Positions 8,999-19,299 are shown, numbered from the stretch's first letter. The stretch: 64,000 nt of DNA from a candidate division FCPU426 bacterium (GCA_963847625.1 CAWKAR010000050.1:32001-96000), one strand, 5' to 3'. Notes: generated by a model from the sequence alone, not told the origin. Numbers and translations are program-made.

Positions 8999-11119
8999 AT
9001 GACCATAAAAACGCCGGATATTAAGAGCCTCTTCGAGCCCAAGAGCGTGGCGATCGTGGGGGCTTCCGCCCTCCCGGACAAGATCGGCTACAAGATCGTG
9101 GACAACATCCTCGCGGGCGGTTACAAGGGCCGGGTTTATCCCGTGAACCCCAAGGGCGGGGAGGTACTGGGCCTTCCAATGAAGTCCAGCCTCGCGGAAA
9201 TTCCGGAACCCGTGGACTTGGTCACCATCGTGATTCCGGCCAAACTGGTCATGGACTCCGTCAAGGATTGCGCGAAGTACGGCGCGAAGTTCCTCTCCAT
9301 CATCACCTCCGGTTTTTCCGAGGTGGGCAACGTGGAGGAGGAAAAGGCCATCGCCTCCTACGCCCGCGACAACGGGATGCGCGTGCTGGGGCCCAACATC
9401 TTCGGTATTTACTCGGCCAACGCCTCCATGAACGCCATGTTCGGGCCCCGGGTCCAAAGCGGGAACGTGGCCATCATCACACAAAGCGGCGCCCTGGGCA
9501 TCGCCATGATCGGCAAGACCGCGGTGGACCACATCGGACTTTCCGCCATGGTTTCGGTGGGAAACAAGGCCGACCTCACCGAGTCGGACCTGTTGGACTA
9601 CCTCGCGCAGGACCCCCGCACCAAGGTCATTATGTTGTATATCGAGGGTATCCGTGACGGGGAGAAGATGGTATCCGCGCTCGCGCGGACGGTCCGGAAA
9701 AAACCCGTGGTCCTGATCAAGTCCGGGCGTTCCAAGCGCGGCGCTATGGCGGCTGCCTCCCACACCGGGGCTCTCGCCGGGTCCGACGAGATCCTCAACG
9801 ACATCGTCAAACAATGCGGCGTGCTGAGGGCCGAGAACATCCAGGACGCCTTCAATTGGTGCAAATTTTTCACCTGCAGCGCCGCGCCCCGGGGAGAGAA
9901 CACTGTCATCATCACCAACGGCGGGGGAATCGGCGTGATCACGACGGACGCCTGCGAGAAATACCAGGTGCAGCTTTACGACGATGCGCAGGTCATGAAG
10001 AATATCTTTGCCAAGGCGGTTCCGGATTTCGGTTCCCTCAAGAACCCCATCGATCTCACAGGCCAGGCCCGGTCCGAGGATTACAACGCGGCCATGGACG
10101 CGGCCCTGAAGAATGAGAATATCCACTCCATCATCAGTCTTTACTGCGAAACCGCGGTCTTTGACGTGAACAACCTGGCTACCATGATCCGCGAGAACAC
10201 CATCCGTTACCAAAAAAGGGGAAAGCCCATTCTATTCTCCATCTTCGGGGGAGAGGCCACCGAGAACTGCATCCTGTCGCTTCGCAAGGACAACGCGCCG
10301 GTTTTCCCGGACGTATACGAAGCTGTTTCCTGCCTGGGGTCCCTGATGGCCCAGTACCGCCACACGCTGACCCCTCCGACCGTTCCCGAGGAAGCCGCCG
10401 TCCCCGCGAGGGAAGTGGACGCCATCCTGGACAAGGCCCGGCAGGATGGGCGTTATTTCCTCCTGGCCCAGGAAGGCCAGCGCCTCATGGAACTATGCGG
10501 CATCGCCACCCCCCAGAGTGCCATCGCGCGCAGCCTGGAGGAGGCCGTCAAGGCCGCGGAAAAGATCGGCTATCCTGTGGTCATGAAAGTGGTGTCCCGT
10601 GACATCCTGCACAAGAGCGACGTGGGCGGGGTGGCCCTGAACCTGGAAAACCCCAAGGAAGTCATGGACGCCTACGAGGCAATCCTGCACAACTGCCGGA
10701 ACCATAACCCGCGTGCGGTCATCGAGGGCATGGAAGTGTCTGAAATGGTGAAGCGCGGCATCGAGACCATCGTGGGCGCCCGGCGGGACGCTTCCTTCGG
10801 GCCCATCGCCATGTGCGGCATGGGCGGCATTTACGTGGAGGTCATGAAGGACGTGGCCTTCCGGGCGGTTCCTTTTTCCCGGCAGGAGGTCCTGTCCATG
10901 ATCAAGGAAACCAGGATCTATCCCCTGCTGTTGGGGGTCCGGGGGGATGAGAAGAAGGACATCGAGCGGGTGATCGACTCGATCATCATGTTGGGCTCTC
11001 TGGTGCGGCAGTGCCCGGGGATATCGGACATTGAGGTGAATCCCCTGGTGGTGTACGATCAGGGGAGCGGGATCAAAGCTGTGGATGTGCGGGTACTTTT
11101 ATCGGAGAGGCGTTTGTAA
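8999..11119 (+). CDS. ADP-forming acetate/acyl-CoA ligase (fused alpha-beta)
   Basis: PKSVAIVGAS CoA-binding domain, SHTGALAG phospho-His, ATP-grasp with HKSDVGGV and EVNPL. Confidence 0.92.
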   Translation: MTIKTPDIKSLFEPKSVAIVGASALPDKIGYKIVDNILAGGYKGRVYPVNPKGGEVLGLPMKSSLAEIPEPVDLVTIVIPAKLVMDSVKDCAKYGAKFLSIITSGFSEVGNVEEEKAIASYARDNGMRVLGPNIFGIYSANASMNAMFGPRVQSGNVAIITQSGALGIAMIGKTAVDHIGLSAMVSVGNKADLTESDLLDYLAQDPRTKVIMLYIEGIRDGEKMVSALARTVRKKPVVLIKSGRSKRGAMAAASHTGALAGSDEILNDIVKQCGVLRAENIQDAFNWCKFFTCSAAPRGENTVIITNGGGIGVITTDACEKYQVQLYDDAQVMKNIFAKAVPDFGSLKNPIDLTGQARSEDYNAAMDAALKNENIHSIISLYCETAVFDVNNLATMIRENTIRYQKRGKPILFSIFGGEATENCILSLRKDNAPVFPDVYEAVSCLGSLMAQYRHTLTPPTVPEEAAVPAREVDAILDKARQDGRYFLLAQEGQRLMELCGIATPQSAIARSLEEAVKAAEKIGYPVVMKVVSRDILHKSDVGGVALNLENPKEVMDAYEAILHNCRNHNPRAVIEGMEVSEMVKRGIETIVGARRDASFGPIAMCGMGGIYVEVMKDVAFRAVPFSRQEVLSMIKETRIYPLLLGVRGDEKKDIERVIDSIIMLGSLVRQCPGISDIEVNPLVVYDQGSGIKAVDVRVLLSERRL

Positions 11120-11120
11120 A

Positions 11121-12155
11121 ATGAAAACAATCGTCATTGGATCCAGCGAAAAAAGCGCCGGTAAAACCGGTGTAATCTTGGGTTTGCGAAGCGCCCTGGG
11201 AAAGGGGGCGGGGTACATGAAGCCCCTTGGCGACCGGCTGATCTACCGCAAGAAGCAATTGTGGGACTACGATTCGGCCCTCGTTACCAACCTGTGGGAC
11301 CTCAAAGAGAACCCCGAGGACATCTCCATCGGGTTCGAGCACGCCAAGCTCAAGTACAAGTACGACGCTGAAACCACCGTTGAGAAGGTGCACGAGGTGG
11401 CCTCCCGGGCGGGTTCGGGGAAGGACATCCTGTTCGTGGAGGGCGGGAACCAGTTAGGGTACGGTTTGTCGGTCCACTTGGACGCGGTTTCCGTAGCCAA
11501 GGCCCTGAAAGGGGACCTGGTGATCGTGGTCAGCGGCTCCGAAAGCTCCATCGCGGATGACATCTATTCCATCAAAAGAAACCTGGACCTCCAGGGGGTC
11601 AACTTCAAGGGCGTCATCCTCAACAAGATCCACGATCCCCAGGATTTTAAGCAGACCCACCTGCCCGGCCTCGAGAAACTGGGCATCCCGGTGCTGGGCC
11701 TCCTGCCATACAAGAAGGAACTCACTCACTTCACCATGGGCTACCTGGCGGACATCCTGTTCTCCAAGATCCTGGCGGGCGAGGAAGGCCTGGCCAACCC
11801 GGTGGAGCATATCGTGATCGGGGCCATGTCGGTGGGAAGCGCCCTGCGCGAGACTTCCTTTATGAAGGATCATAAGCTGGTCATCACCGCGGGGGACCGG
11901 ACGGATATGATCCAGGCGGCCCTGGAGAGCAATACCTCGGGCATCATCGTGACCAACAACATCCTGCCGCCCCTGAGCGTCATTTCCCGGGCAAACGAGC
12001 TAAAAATCCCACTGCTCCTGGTTTCAACCGACACTTTCTTGACGGCCAAGCACGTGGACACCATGGAACCACTCCTCACCAAGAAGGACCAGGAAAAGGT
12101 CGCCCTGTTGACTCAAATGGTCAAAGACCATGTGGATTTGAAAAAATTAGGGTAA
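11121..12155 (+). CDS. Phosphotransacetylase N-terminal-like protein (BioD-like P-loop plus DRTGG domain), no PTA catalytic domain
   Basis: SAGKT P-loop, YMKP, FVEG, GVILNK, ITAGDRTD; ATG at 11121 follows the upstream stop, with GGAGAGG RBS. Confidence 0.85.
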   Translation: MKTIVIGSSEKSAGKTGVILGLRSALGKGAGYMKPLGDRLIYRKKQLWDYDSALVTNLWDLKENPEDISIGFEHAKLKYKYDAETTVEKVHEVASRAGSGKDILFVEGGNQLGYGLSVHLDAVSVAKALKGDLVIVVSGSESSIADDIYSIKRNLDLQGVNFKGVILNKIHDPQDFKQTHLPGLEKLGIPVLGLLPYKKELTHFTMGYLADILFSKILAGEEGLANPVEHIVIGAMSVGSALRETSFMKDHKLVITAGDRTDMIQAALESNTSGIIVTNNILPPLSVISRANELKIPLLLVSTDTFLTAKHVDTMEPLLTKKDQEKVALLTQMVKDHVDLKKLG

Positions 12156-12200
12156 AGTTTCAAATCCGATAAACTGTTCCTTAGGCTTAGACTGGTGCGA

Positions 12201-12236
12201 ATGGGTGTTTCTCCCATAAATCCGGGAAACACCCAT
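12201..12236 (+). terminator. Stem-loop downstream of the acyl-CoA operon
   Basis: ATGGGTGTTTC...GAAACACCCAT inverted repeat; no clear U-tract. Confidence 0.45.
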
Positions 12237-12409
12237 CAAATTGAAAATATCTCCTCGAATATCCCCCCTAAAACCCAAGATATTTTTTTGATTTCATTTG
12301 GGTTGTTTTTTTGTGGATAAATCATCTGAATTAAATCAAGAACCCTCAAAAATCGGTGTATTTGGGCCTGTGGATAACTTTTTTACTTTATTCCGCCCCT
12401 GGATTTTTT

Positions 12410-12425
12410 TATGACTTCGGTCATA
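12410..12425. promoter_or_regulatory. Putative CRP/FNR-type site TATGACTTCGGTCATA (possible autoregulation)
   Basis: Perfect palindrome about 135 bp upstream of the CRP/FNR regulator. Confidence 0.65.
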
Positions 12426-12558
12426 AAATCATTGATGGAATGGGAAAAAAGAAGTAATTATTAAGCCCTCAAATCTAAATGTGTTCCGATCGGCCCTAAG
12501 GCCCCTGGGAGCCTACCGCAACTTAATCTTCCTGAAGCGGGAGAGGGAGGAAGTTACC

Positions 12559-13257
12559 ATGCAGTTTCAAAAACCAGTTACGGGCAGGCTATCTAACATG
12601 GCGGGCAAATCCTTCATTACCACCCTCGACCTATTCAAGAAAATCCCGTCCTCCCAATTGGCCGACATCGAGAAAAAAATGCTGGAGCGGAAGTTCGCCA
12701 AGGGGGAGTCCATCTTTCTGGAAGGCGATCCCGCAGAGTATGTCTGGTTCGTCAAGGAGGGCCACGTCAAGTCGGTTATCCATACCGCCAACGGGAGGGA
12801 CCTCACGCTTTGCATGGTGGGGGCCAGCAGCATGTTCGGAACCTGCTGTTGTTTCGGGGGCGGGGAATATCCCTGCCACAGCATCGCGGAGACCGAAACC
12901 ACGGTAGTGGCCTTTCCAATCCAGGATTTCCTGTCCCTCTTGGAGAAATATCCCGAGATATCCAAAGCCATCGTCCACCACCTTTCAGCCCGGCTCCGTC
13001 AGGCCAAGGATATGCAGACTTTCGACCAGGAGAGCGTGGAAAAACGCATCCTCCATATCCTGACCAACTTGGTGGCCGAATTCGGAAACACTATTCCCCT
13101 GACCCGCAGGGAAATCGCTGAGATGACCGGAACTACGGTGGAGACCTGCATCCGGACTTTTTCAGGGCTGGAAAAGGAAGGGTTGGTTTACAGCTCGCGG
13201 GGCAAGATCACCGTAAAGAACGTGCAGGACCTGATCGACCGGCAGGAAGAACTCTAA
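12559..13257 (+). CDS. CRP/FNR family transcriptional regulator
   Basis: cNMP-binding-like domain (KGESIFLEGD) and HTH LTRREIAEMTGTTVETCIR; ATG 12559 chosen from the GGAGG RBS. Confidence 0.92.
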   Translation: MQFQKPVTGRLSNMAGKSFITTLDLFKKIPSSQLADIEKKMLERKFAKGESIFLEGDPAEYVWFVKEGHVKSVIHTANGRDLTLCMVGASSMFGTCCCFGGGEYPCHSIAETETTVVAFPIQDFLSLLEKYPEISKAIVHHLSARLRQAKDMQTFDQESVEKRILHILTNLVAEFGNTIPLTRREIAEMTGTTVETCIRTFSGLEKEGLVYSSRGKITVKNVQDLIDRQEEL

Positions 13258-13303
13258 CAGGGTTGTTTGTTAAAAACTGTCAGTAATAAATGAAATGGAA
13301 ATT

Positions 13304-13340
13304 AAAAAACCCGCGGATCCAAAGTCCAGCGGGTTTTTTT
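13304..13340. terminator. Bidirectional intrinsic terminator
   Basis: AAAAAACCCGC...GCGGGTTTTTTT between convergent genes. Confidence 0.8.
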
Positions 13341-13454
13341 ATTTTCCGAAGATGATACGTCTCAGTTGGCAATGGCCAGACTGTTTTTCACTTGTTCCAT
13401 ACTTGATATTCGCCCTGATTATTTTTTAATAGAAATTGAACAAACTAGAAAGTT

Positions 13455-15671
13455 TCACTTATCAAATTTCTTCCTGTAAAGCCTCAAGGCGTTCAGGACC
13501 ACCGTGATGGAAGAGAGCGACATGGCAAGGGCAGCCAGAGAGGGAGGCACCTGGGCGAAAATGGCCAGGGGAAGGGCCAACAGGTTGTAGCCGAAGGCCC
13601 AGAAAAGGTTTTGGCGGATGACGGTAAAGGTGGCCCTGGATATCCGGATGGCCTCAATGACCTTCGAGAGGTTTCCCTGGACCAGAATGATGTCCCCGGC
13701 CTCCTTAGCCGCGTCGGTTCCAGTCCCCATGGCGATTCCCAAGTCCGCGGCCGCCAGGGCCGGCGCGTCGTTGTAACCGTCGCCCACCATAGCCACCTTG
13801 CGTCCCTGATCCTGGAGAGAACGCACGTACTCCAGTTTCCCCGCCGGGTTCATGTTGGCCTTTGAATGGTCCACGCCCACCCGGGCGGCCACGCGGGTTG
13901 CCACCACCTCCCCGTCGCCGGTCAGGAGGTGGGTTTGCAGACCTAATTCTTTGAGCTTTTGGACGACCTCTTGGACATTCGCGCGGGGCGGATCCTCCAG
14001 AACCAGGATGGCGGCGATTTTTCCCTCTACGGCCATGAGGGAAACTGTCTGGCCGGCCTGGCGGTGGGCTTCGACGTTGGCCCGAACCTGGGGCGAAGGT
14101 ACGATACCCTTCAGGGATTCAACAAAAGCCTTCGTGCCAATGGCGACTTGGTGTCCCTCCACAAAACCCTGAATTCCGGCGCCCGGGGTTTCCACCACCC
14201 TTTCCACTCCAGGGAGAATCAAGCTTAAGACCATGGCTTCCTTCAGGATGGCGGAAGCCAGGGGATGGTTGGTCCCCAATTCCAGGGCCGCGGCGTACCG
14301 GAGAAGTTTTTCCTCCCGGTGGCCCTCGAAAACTATCATGTCCACCAGGCGGGGTTTTCCTTCGGTGAGGGTGCCGGTTTTGTCGAAGACGATCGTGTCG
14401 ATTTTCAGCGATTTTTCCATGACTTCCGCCCGGCGGATGAGGATGCTTCGCTTGGCGGCCACCCCGATGCCTACCATCAAGGCAATGGGTGTGGCCAGCC
14501 CGAGGGCGCAGGGGCAGGCAATGACAAGGACCGCCACCGCGTGTTGAATTCCCACCGCGAAGGGTTGTCCTCCCATAAAAACCCAGCCTAAGCATGTTAA
14601 AAAGGCGGTCCATAGCACCAAGGGAACAAAAATGGAGGCGGCTATGTCGGCGGCCTTCTGGACAGGGGCTTTGGAACCCTGTGCATCCTCCACCAGCCGG
14701 ATGATCTGGGCCAGGGTCGTTTGCTCACCCACCGATTGGGCCTTCAGGATCAGGGTGGCCACGCCGTTGAGGGTGCCAGCGTAGATCTTATCCCCGGGCC
14801 TCTTTTCCACCGGGGTGGATTCCCCAGTCAATAAGGACTCATCCACCGGTCCCTTTCCCTCTAGGATGTCCCCGTCCACTGGGATGGACTCACCCGGCCT
14901 CACGCAGAGGGTATCGCCCGGACCCACCAACTCCACCGGTACGTCCAGTTGGCGGGTTTCCTTAAGCACGTGGGCCGTGTTGGGCCTTAAGTTCATCAAG
15001 AGTTCCAGGGCCCGGTTGGCCCGGCGCTTGGAAAGGGTTTCGAGGTACCGGCCCAGCGTTATGAAGAAGACAATCAGGGCGGCGGCGTCAAAGTAAAGGC
15101 CCTGGGTGCGCCACAGAAAGGCTGCCAGGGAGGCCATAAACGCGGTGGTGGAGCCCAAGGAAACCAGGGTATCCATGGTCAAATCCCCCTGTTTCAGGCC
15201 CCGGAGGGCGGCCTCATGGAAGGGTAACCCCACCAACAGATAAACCGGGGCCGCTAGGACCAATTGGATCCAGGGCGACAGGGGGAATGGGCCCAGGCCC
15301 ATCAGGAGGTGTTGGAGTAGGAAGGGAATTACCAAGAGGCCCCCCAGGACCAGCCGCCAGCGCAGACGGTTCTGGTCCGACTGGTAGAGGCGGGAAGCTT
15401 GTTTACTGGGGAGATAGGGTTTGGCTGAATAACCGGCCTTTTCCACGACCGCTTGGAGGGTAGCTAGATCCTTAAAATCCGGTCCCAACCGGACGTAGGC
15501 CTTTTCCGAAGCGAAATTGACCGTGGCGGCTTCTACTCCTGGAACTTTATTGAGTTTATTCTCGATCCGGGAGGCGCAGGAGGCGCAGGTCATACCCTCT
15601 AAAGAGAGGATGACCGAGCGGCCGGTGGCCTCCTGGGGTGCCTCCTGTTGGGGTAAAATCGCGGTTGACAT
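13455..15671 (-). CDS. copA: Cu(I)-translocating P1B-type ATPase
   Basis: GMTCASC HMA domain, [27 protein letters not shown] and MxxSS motifs. Confidence 0.92.
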   Translation of the reverse strand: MSTAILPQQEAPQEATGRSVILSLEGMTCASCASRIENKLNKVPGVEAATVNFASEKAYVRLGPDFKDLATLQAVVEKAGYSAKPYLPSKQASRLYQSDQNRLRWRLVLGGLLVIPFLLQHLLMGLGPFPLSPWIQLVLAAPVYLLVGLPFHEAALRGLKQGDLTMDTLVSLGSTTAFMASLAAFLWRTQGLYFDAAALIVFFITLGRYLETLSKRRANRALELLMNLRPNTAHVLKETRQLDVPVELVGPGDTLCVRPGESIPVDGDILEGKGPVDESLLTGESTPVEKRPGDKIYAGTLNGVATLILKAQSVGEQTTLAQIIRLVEDAQGSKAPVQKAADIAASIFVPLVLWTAFLTCLGWVFMGGQPFAVGIQHAVAVLVIACPCALGLATPIALMVGIGVAAKRSILIRRAEVMEKSLKIDTIVFDKTGTLTEGKPRLVDMIVFEGHREEKLLRYAAALELGTNHPLASAILKEAMVLSLILPGVERVVETPGAGIQGFVEGHQVAIGTKAFVESLKGIVPSPQVRANVEAHRQAGQTVSLMAVEGKIAAILVLEDPPRANVQEVVQKLKELGLQTHLLTGDGEVVATRVAARVGVDHSKANMNPAGKLEYVRSLQDQGRKVAMVGDGYNDAPALAAADLGIAMGTGTDAAKEAGDIILVQGNLSKVIEAIRISRATFTVIRQNLFWAFGYNLLALPLAIFAQVPPSLAALAMSLSSITVVLNALRLYRKKFDK

Positions 15672-15701
15672 GTTTGGGCCTTATCGAAACGGTAACTAAA
15701 T

Positions 15702-15914
15702 TTAAGAAAGCAGGCTGGCTTTGTAGCCTTCCTGCTCCAGTGCTTTATTCACGGCTTTCAAATCCAAGGCGCCCCCGTGGGTCACAATAGCTTTCTTGGG
15801 GGCTAAAAGGACCTCGACTTTCTCCACCCCCGAGAGGGAAGCCAGGGTTTTTTGAACGGTTTGGACGCAATGATTGCAGGTCATTCCTTCGATTTGAAGC
15901 TGGGTTTGTGTCAT
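15702..15914 (-). CDS. copZ: Copper chaperone (HMA domain)
   Basis: GMTCNHC motif, directly upstream of copA; start chosen at MTQTQ. Confidence 0.88.
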   Translation of the reverse strand: MTQTQLQIEGMTCNHCVQTVQKTLASLSGVEKVEVLLAPKKAIVTHGGALDLKAVNKALEQEGYKASLLS

Positions 15915-15971
15915 GGCTAGGTCTTCCTTGGGCTTTGAATTTACCATAAGCAAGTTTTGACAGGAATGAAA

Positions 15972-15991
15972 GTGTTACAAAGCTTTAACAC
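15972..15991. promoter_or_regulatory. Palindrome GTGTTA-N8-TAACAC, possible operator between copZ and aconitase
   Basis: Inverted repeat in a divergent promoter region; cognate regulator unknown. Confidence 0.3.
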
Positions 15992-16161
15992 CCCATTTTT
16001 GTTGATTCATTTACCCTATTCTCCAAGCGGGGGTGCTGATTTTCCCTTTATTTTCAAGGTTTTATTAGGGTTGCAATGGCAAAGGGGCACAGCCCATAAT
16101 GGTTGACCCGTAAAACCACTCAGGAGGAGTTTTCCTACTTTTTTAAATTTTGGAGGAAATC

Positions 16162-18174
16162 ATGACGGCTGCCCCCGAGCGATTGAACCTGGTTCAGAAG
16201 ATCATACAAGCCCACCTCGTCACCGGTAAACCCCAGGCTGGCGATGAAATCGGCGTCAAAATCGACCAAACCCTTACCCAAGACGCCACCGGCACCATGG
16301 CCTACCTTCAATTTGAGGCCATAGGCATCCCCCGGGTCCAAACCAAGCTGTCCGTCTCTTATATCGACCATAATATGCTTCAAACCGGCTTTGAGAACGC
16401 CGACGACCACCGTTACCTCCAGTCCGTGGCTTCCAAATACGGTATTTACTTCTCCCGGCCCGGAAACGGTATCTGCCATCAGGTCCACTTGGAACGCTTT
16501 GCCGTACCAGGCCAGACTCTTCTGGGGTCCGATTCCCATACCCCCACCTGCGGGGGGCTGGGGATGCTGGCTATCGGGGCGGGCGGCCTGGACGTGGCCG
16601 TGGCCCTGGGGGGCGGCCCCTTCTTCATGACCATGCCCAAGGTCCTCAAGGTAGAGCTCAAGGGCAAACTCAAGCCCTGGGTGACCGCCAAGGACATCAT
16701 ACTGCAGGTCTTACGCCGCCTGACCGTCAAGGGCGGGGTCGGCAAGATCCTGGAATACACCGGGCCGGGGGTCAAGAGCCTTTCCGCCACCGAGCGGGCC
16801 ACCATCACCAACATGGGCGCAGAATTGGGCGCCACCACCTCGGTTTTCCCATCTGACGATGCCACCCGCGACTACATGAAGGCCCAGGGGCGGGGCAAGG
16901 ACTGGACCCCCCTGGAGGCCGACCCAGATGCCCCCTACGACGAGGAACTGTTGATCGACCTGGATAAGCTGGAGCCGCTCATCGCCCAACCCCACAGCCC
17001 GGACAACGTTACCGAGGTTTCCAAGCTCAAGAACGTGGAGGTCCAGCAGGTTTGCGTGGGAAGTTGCACCAACAGCTCCTACCTGGACCTGATGGCCGTG
17101 GCCCGAATGCTCAAGGGCCGCCATATCCACCCTGGGGTTTCCATGACGGTCACACCCGGTTCCAAGCAGGTCTTTGAAATGATTGCGAAAAACGGGGCCC
17201 TGGCGGACATCATCGCCTCGGGCGCCCGTATCATCGAGTCGGCCTGCGGGCCCTGTATCGGCATGGGGCAGGCGCCCCCCTCGGGCGGGGTATCCATCCG
17301 CAGCTTTAACCGCAATTTCGAAGGCCGGTCGGGAACCCGGGACGCCAAGGTGTACCTGGCCTCGCCCGAGACCTGCGTGGCTTGCGCCCTGGAGGGCAAG
17401 ATCACCGATCCCTCCAAGATGGGCAAAGCCCCGAAGGTCGAAGTGCCGGAAAAATTCGCCCTCGACGACGAAGGCATCATTCCCCCGGCCAAGGAACCCA
17501 AAAAAGTGGAGATCCTACGCGGGCCCAACATCAAGCCCCTCCCCATCAAGGAACCTCTCGGGGATACCATGGCCGGCCCCGTCTTGTTGAAGGTGGGCGA
17601 TAACATCACCACCGACCATATCATGCCCGCGGGGTCTAAGGTCCTGCCGTTGCGTTCCAACATCCCAGCTATCTCGGAGTTCGTGTTCAACATCATCGAC
17701 CCCACCTTCCCCAAGCGTGCGAGGGAGGCCAAAGGAGGTTTTGTGGTGGGAGGCGAAAACTACGGACAGGGGTCCTCCCGCGAGCACGCGGCCCTGGCAC
17801 CCATGTTCCTGGGGCTCAAGGCCGTCATCGCCAGGAACTTCGCCCGCATCCACCGCGCTAACCTGATCAACTTCGGCATTCTGCCCCTGACTTTCGTGTC
17901 GCCCGAGGATTACGATAGCCTCTCGCAGGCTGACATGCTGGAGATTCCCGACCTGGCAATGGTGATCAAGGTCGACCATCCCTTCCCAGTGAAGGACCTC
18001 ACCACCGGCAAGTCCGTCCAGGTGGTACACGGCCTGACAGGACGGCAGAAGGACATCATCCTGGCCGGGGGACTTTTGAATTACACGAAGCAGAAGAACG
18101 CCCAGGCACTGGAAGCTGCCGAGGCCTCCAAGATGAAACCGCCCCGTAAAGCGAAGGGAAAAGGAACGAAATAA
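16162..18174 (+). CDS. Aconitate hydratase
   Basis: TQDATGT, GSDSHT, GSCTN, ACGPCIG, NRNF, NITTDHI, NYGQGSSREHA motifs. Confidence 0.93.
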   Translation: MTAAPERLNLVQKIIQAHLVTGKPQAGDEIGVKIDQTLTQDATGTMAYLQFEAIGIPRVQTKLSVSYIDHNMLQTGFENADDHRYLQSVASKYGIYFSRPGNGICHQVHLERFAVPGQTLLGSDSHTPTCGGLGMLAIGAGGLDVAVALGGGPFFMTMPKVLKVELKGKLKPWVTAKDIILQVLRRLTVKGGVGKILEYTGPGVKSLSATERATITNMGAELGATTSVFPSDDATRDYMKAQGRGKDWTPLEADPDAPYDEELLIDLDKLEPLIAQPHSPDNVTEVSKLKNVEVQQVCVGSCTNSSYLDLMAVARMLKGRHIHPGVSMTVTPGSKQVFEMIAKNGALADIIASGARIIESACGPCIGMGQAPPSGGVSIRSFNRNFEGRSGTRDAKVYLASPETCVACALEGKITDPSKMGKAPKVEVPEKFALDDEGIIPPAKEPKKVEILRGPNIKPLPIKEPLGDTMAGPVLLKVGDNITTDHIMPAGSKVLPLRSNIPAISEFVFNIIDPTFPKRAREAKGGFVVGGENYGQGSSREHAALAPMFLGLKAVIARNFARIHRANLINFGILPLTFVSPEDYDSLSQADMLEIPDLAMVIKVDHPFPVKDLTTGKSVQVVHGLTGRQKDIILAGGLLNYTKQKNAQALEAAEASKMKPPRKAKGKGTK

Positions 18175-18191
18175 TCTAGACGTTTAAACCG

Positions 18192-18222
18192 AGCCCCGCC
18201 CGACAAGCGCGGGGCTTTTTTT
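18192..18222 (+). terminator. Intrinsic terminator
   Basis: AGCCCCGC...GCGGGGCT followed by a T-run. Confidence 0.85.
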
Positions 18223-18247
18223 ATATAGCCCAACATGAACGAGAACC

Positions 18248-19033
18248 ATGGTGAATGATAGAAAAAACCACAACGAAATTGTCCGGGATCAATTCACCCG
18301 AAGAGCTGACGACTACGCGCGGATGATTTCCGGCAACCCGAGCGACCAATCGTTGAGATTTTTGCTGGAGAGATTTCCGGTATCCAGGGAGGACAAGGTC
18401 TTGGATGTGGCCTGCGGGCCCGGCCTCTTGGCGACGGCATTGGCAGCTTTCGCGGGGCATGTCACCGGCATCGACCTGACCCAGGCCATGATCGCGAAGG
18501 CCCAGACCCTCCGGGCCCAGAAGGGATTGGCCAACCTAGACTGGGTAGTCGGTGACGTGGCGAAACTTCCCTTTGCGGACGGCTGTTTCGATTGGGTGGT
18601 AAACCGGTTTTCCCTACACCATTTCCCAAAATCCATGGCCGTATTGAAGGAAATGAGGCGTGTCCTCAAACCAGACGGGGGACTTGCCGTCATCGACCTG
18701 GCTACGCTGGAAGAAAACAACGAGGCCTTCAACCGGATGGAAAAACTCCGCGACCCCACCCATGTACGAGCCCTCACGGTTCCGGAGCTCAGGGACTTGG
18801 GGAAGAAGCTGAAACTGAGGGACATCAGCCTGGACTTCTACGGGTTGGAAATGGAATTGGAGAGCCAATTGGCCGCCTCCCGCCTCAACCCCGGGGACGA
18901 AGAAAAAATCCGGGAACTATTTAAAGAAGACCTTCGATCCGATAGACTGGGGATTCACGCGAGGATGGCAGGAGGCATGATCTGCTTCACCTATCCCGTG
19001 ACGGTTTTGACGGGTTTTAAAGAGCCAAAATAA
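18248..19033 (+). CDS. Class I SAM-dependent methyltransferase
   Basis: VLDVACGPG, GIDLT, LPFADGCFD, RVLKPDG motifs. Confidence 0.9.
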   Translation: MVNDRKNHNEIVRDQFTRRADDYARMISGNPSDQSLRFLLERFPVSREDKVLDVACGPGLLATALAAFAGHVTGIDLTQAMIAKAQTLRAQKGLANLDWVVGDVAKLPFADGCFDWVVNRFSLHHFPKSMAVLKEMRRVLKPDGGLAVIDLATLEENNEAFNRMEKLRDPTHVRALTVPELRDLGKKLKLRDISLDFYGLEMELESQLAASRLNPGDEEKIRELFKEDLRSDRLGIHARMAGGMICFTYPVTVLTGFKEPK

Positions 19034-19065
19034 AGCGAATTTGTTTTTATAAGTTTTAACACTTC

Positions 19066-19299
19066 ATGAGGTTTTTGATGGAAACCAAACCTTCCGGTAC
19101 CCAGCCTGGAACCAACCAGAAAAAGGGTATGAACATCGATATCTCGGCCCGCGAACCGGGTGAAAAATTCCTTTATACCGGCCCGCATCTTTGCGTCACC
19201 TGCGCCGAAGAGAACCGGATTGTGAATCGTCATTTTAAAGAAGGGGATACCGTCCCTGAATGCGCTCAGTGCGGGCCCCGGGCTCGTTGGGAGCCTTGA
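19066..19299 (+). CDS. Small zinc-ribbon protein (YjzC-like); true start may be 19129
   Basis: PGEK...CVTC...GDTVPECAQC pattern. Confidence 0.55.
   Translation: MRFLMETKPSGTQPGTNQKKGMNIDISAREPGEKFLYTGPHLCVTCAEENRIVNRHFKEGDTVPECAQCGPRARWEP

Noticed and set aside
3024..10213. Long antisense and alternate-frame ORFs over acs and the acyl-CoA operon (similar ones over recQ and the ATPases)
   Set aside because: Typical shadows of GC-biased codon usage opposite well-supported genes.
12156..12480. Replication origin
   Set aside because: Only two DnaA boxes and no typical origin-flanking genes.
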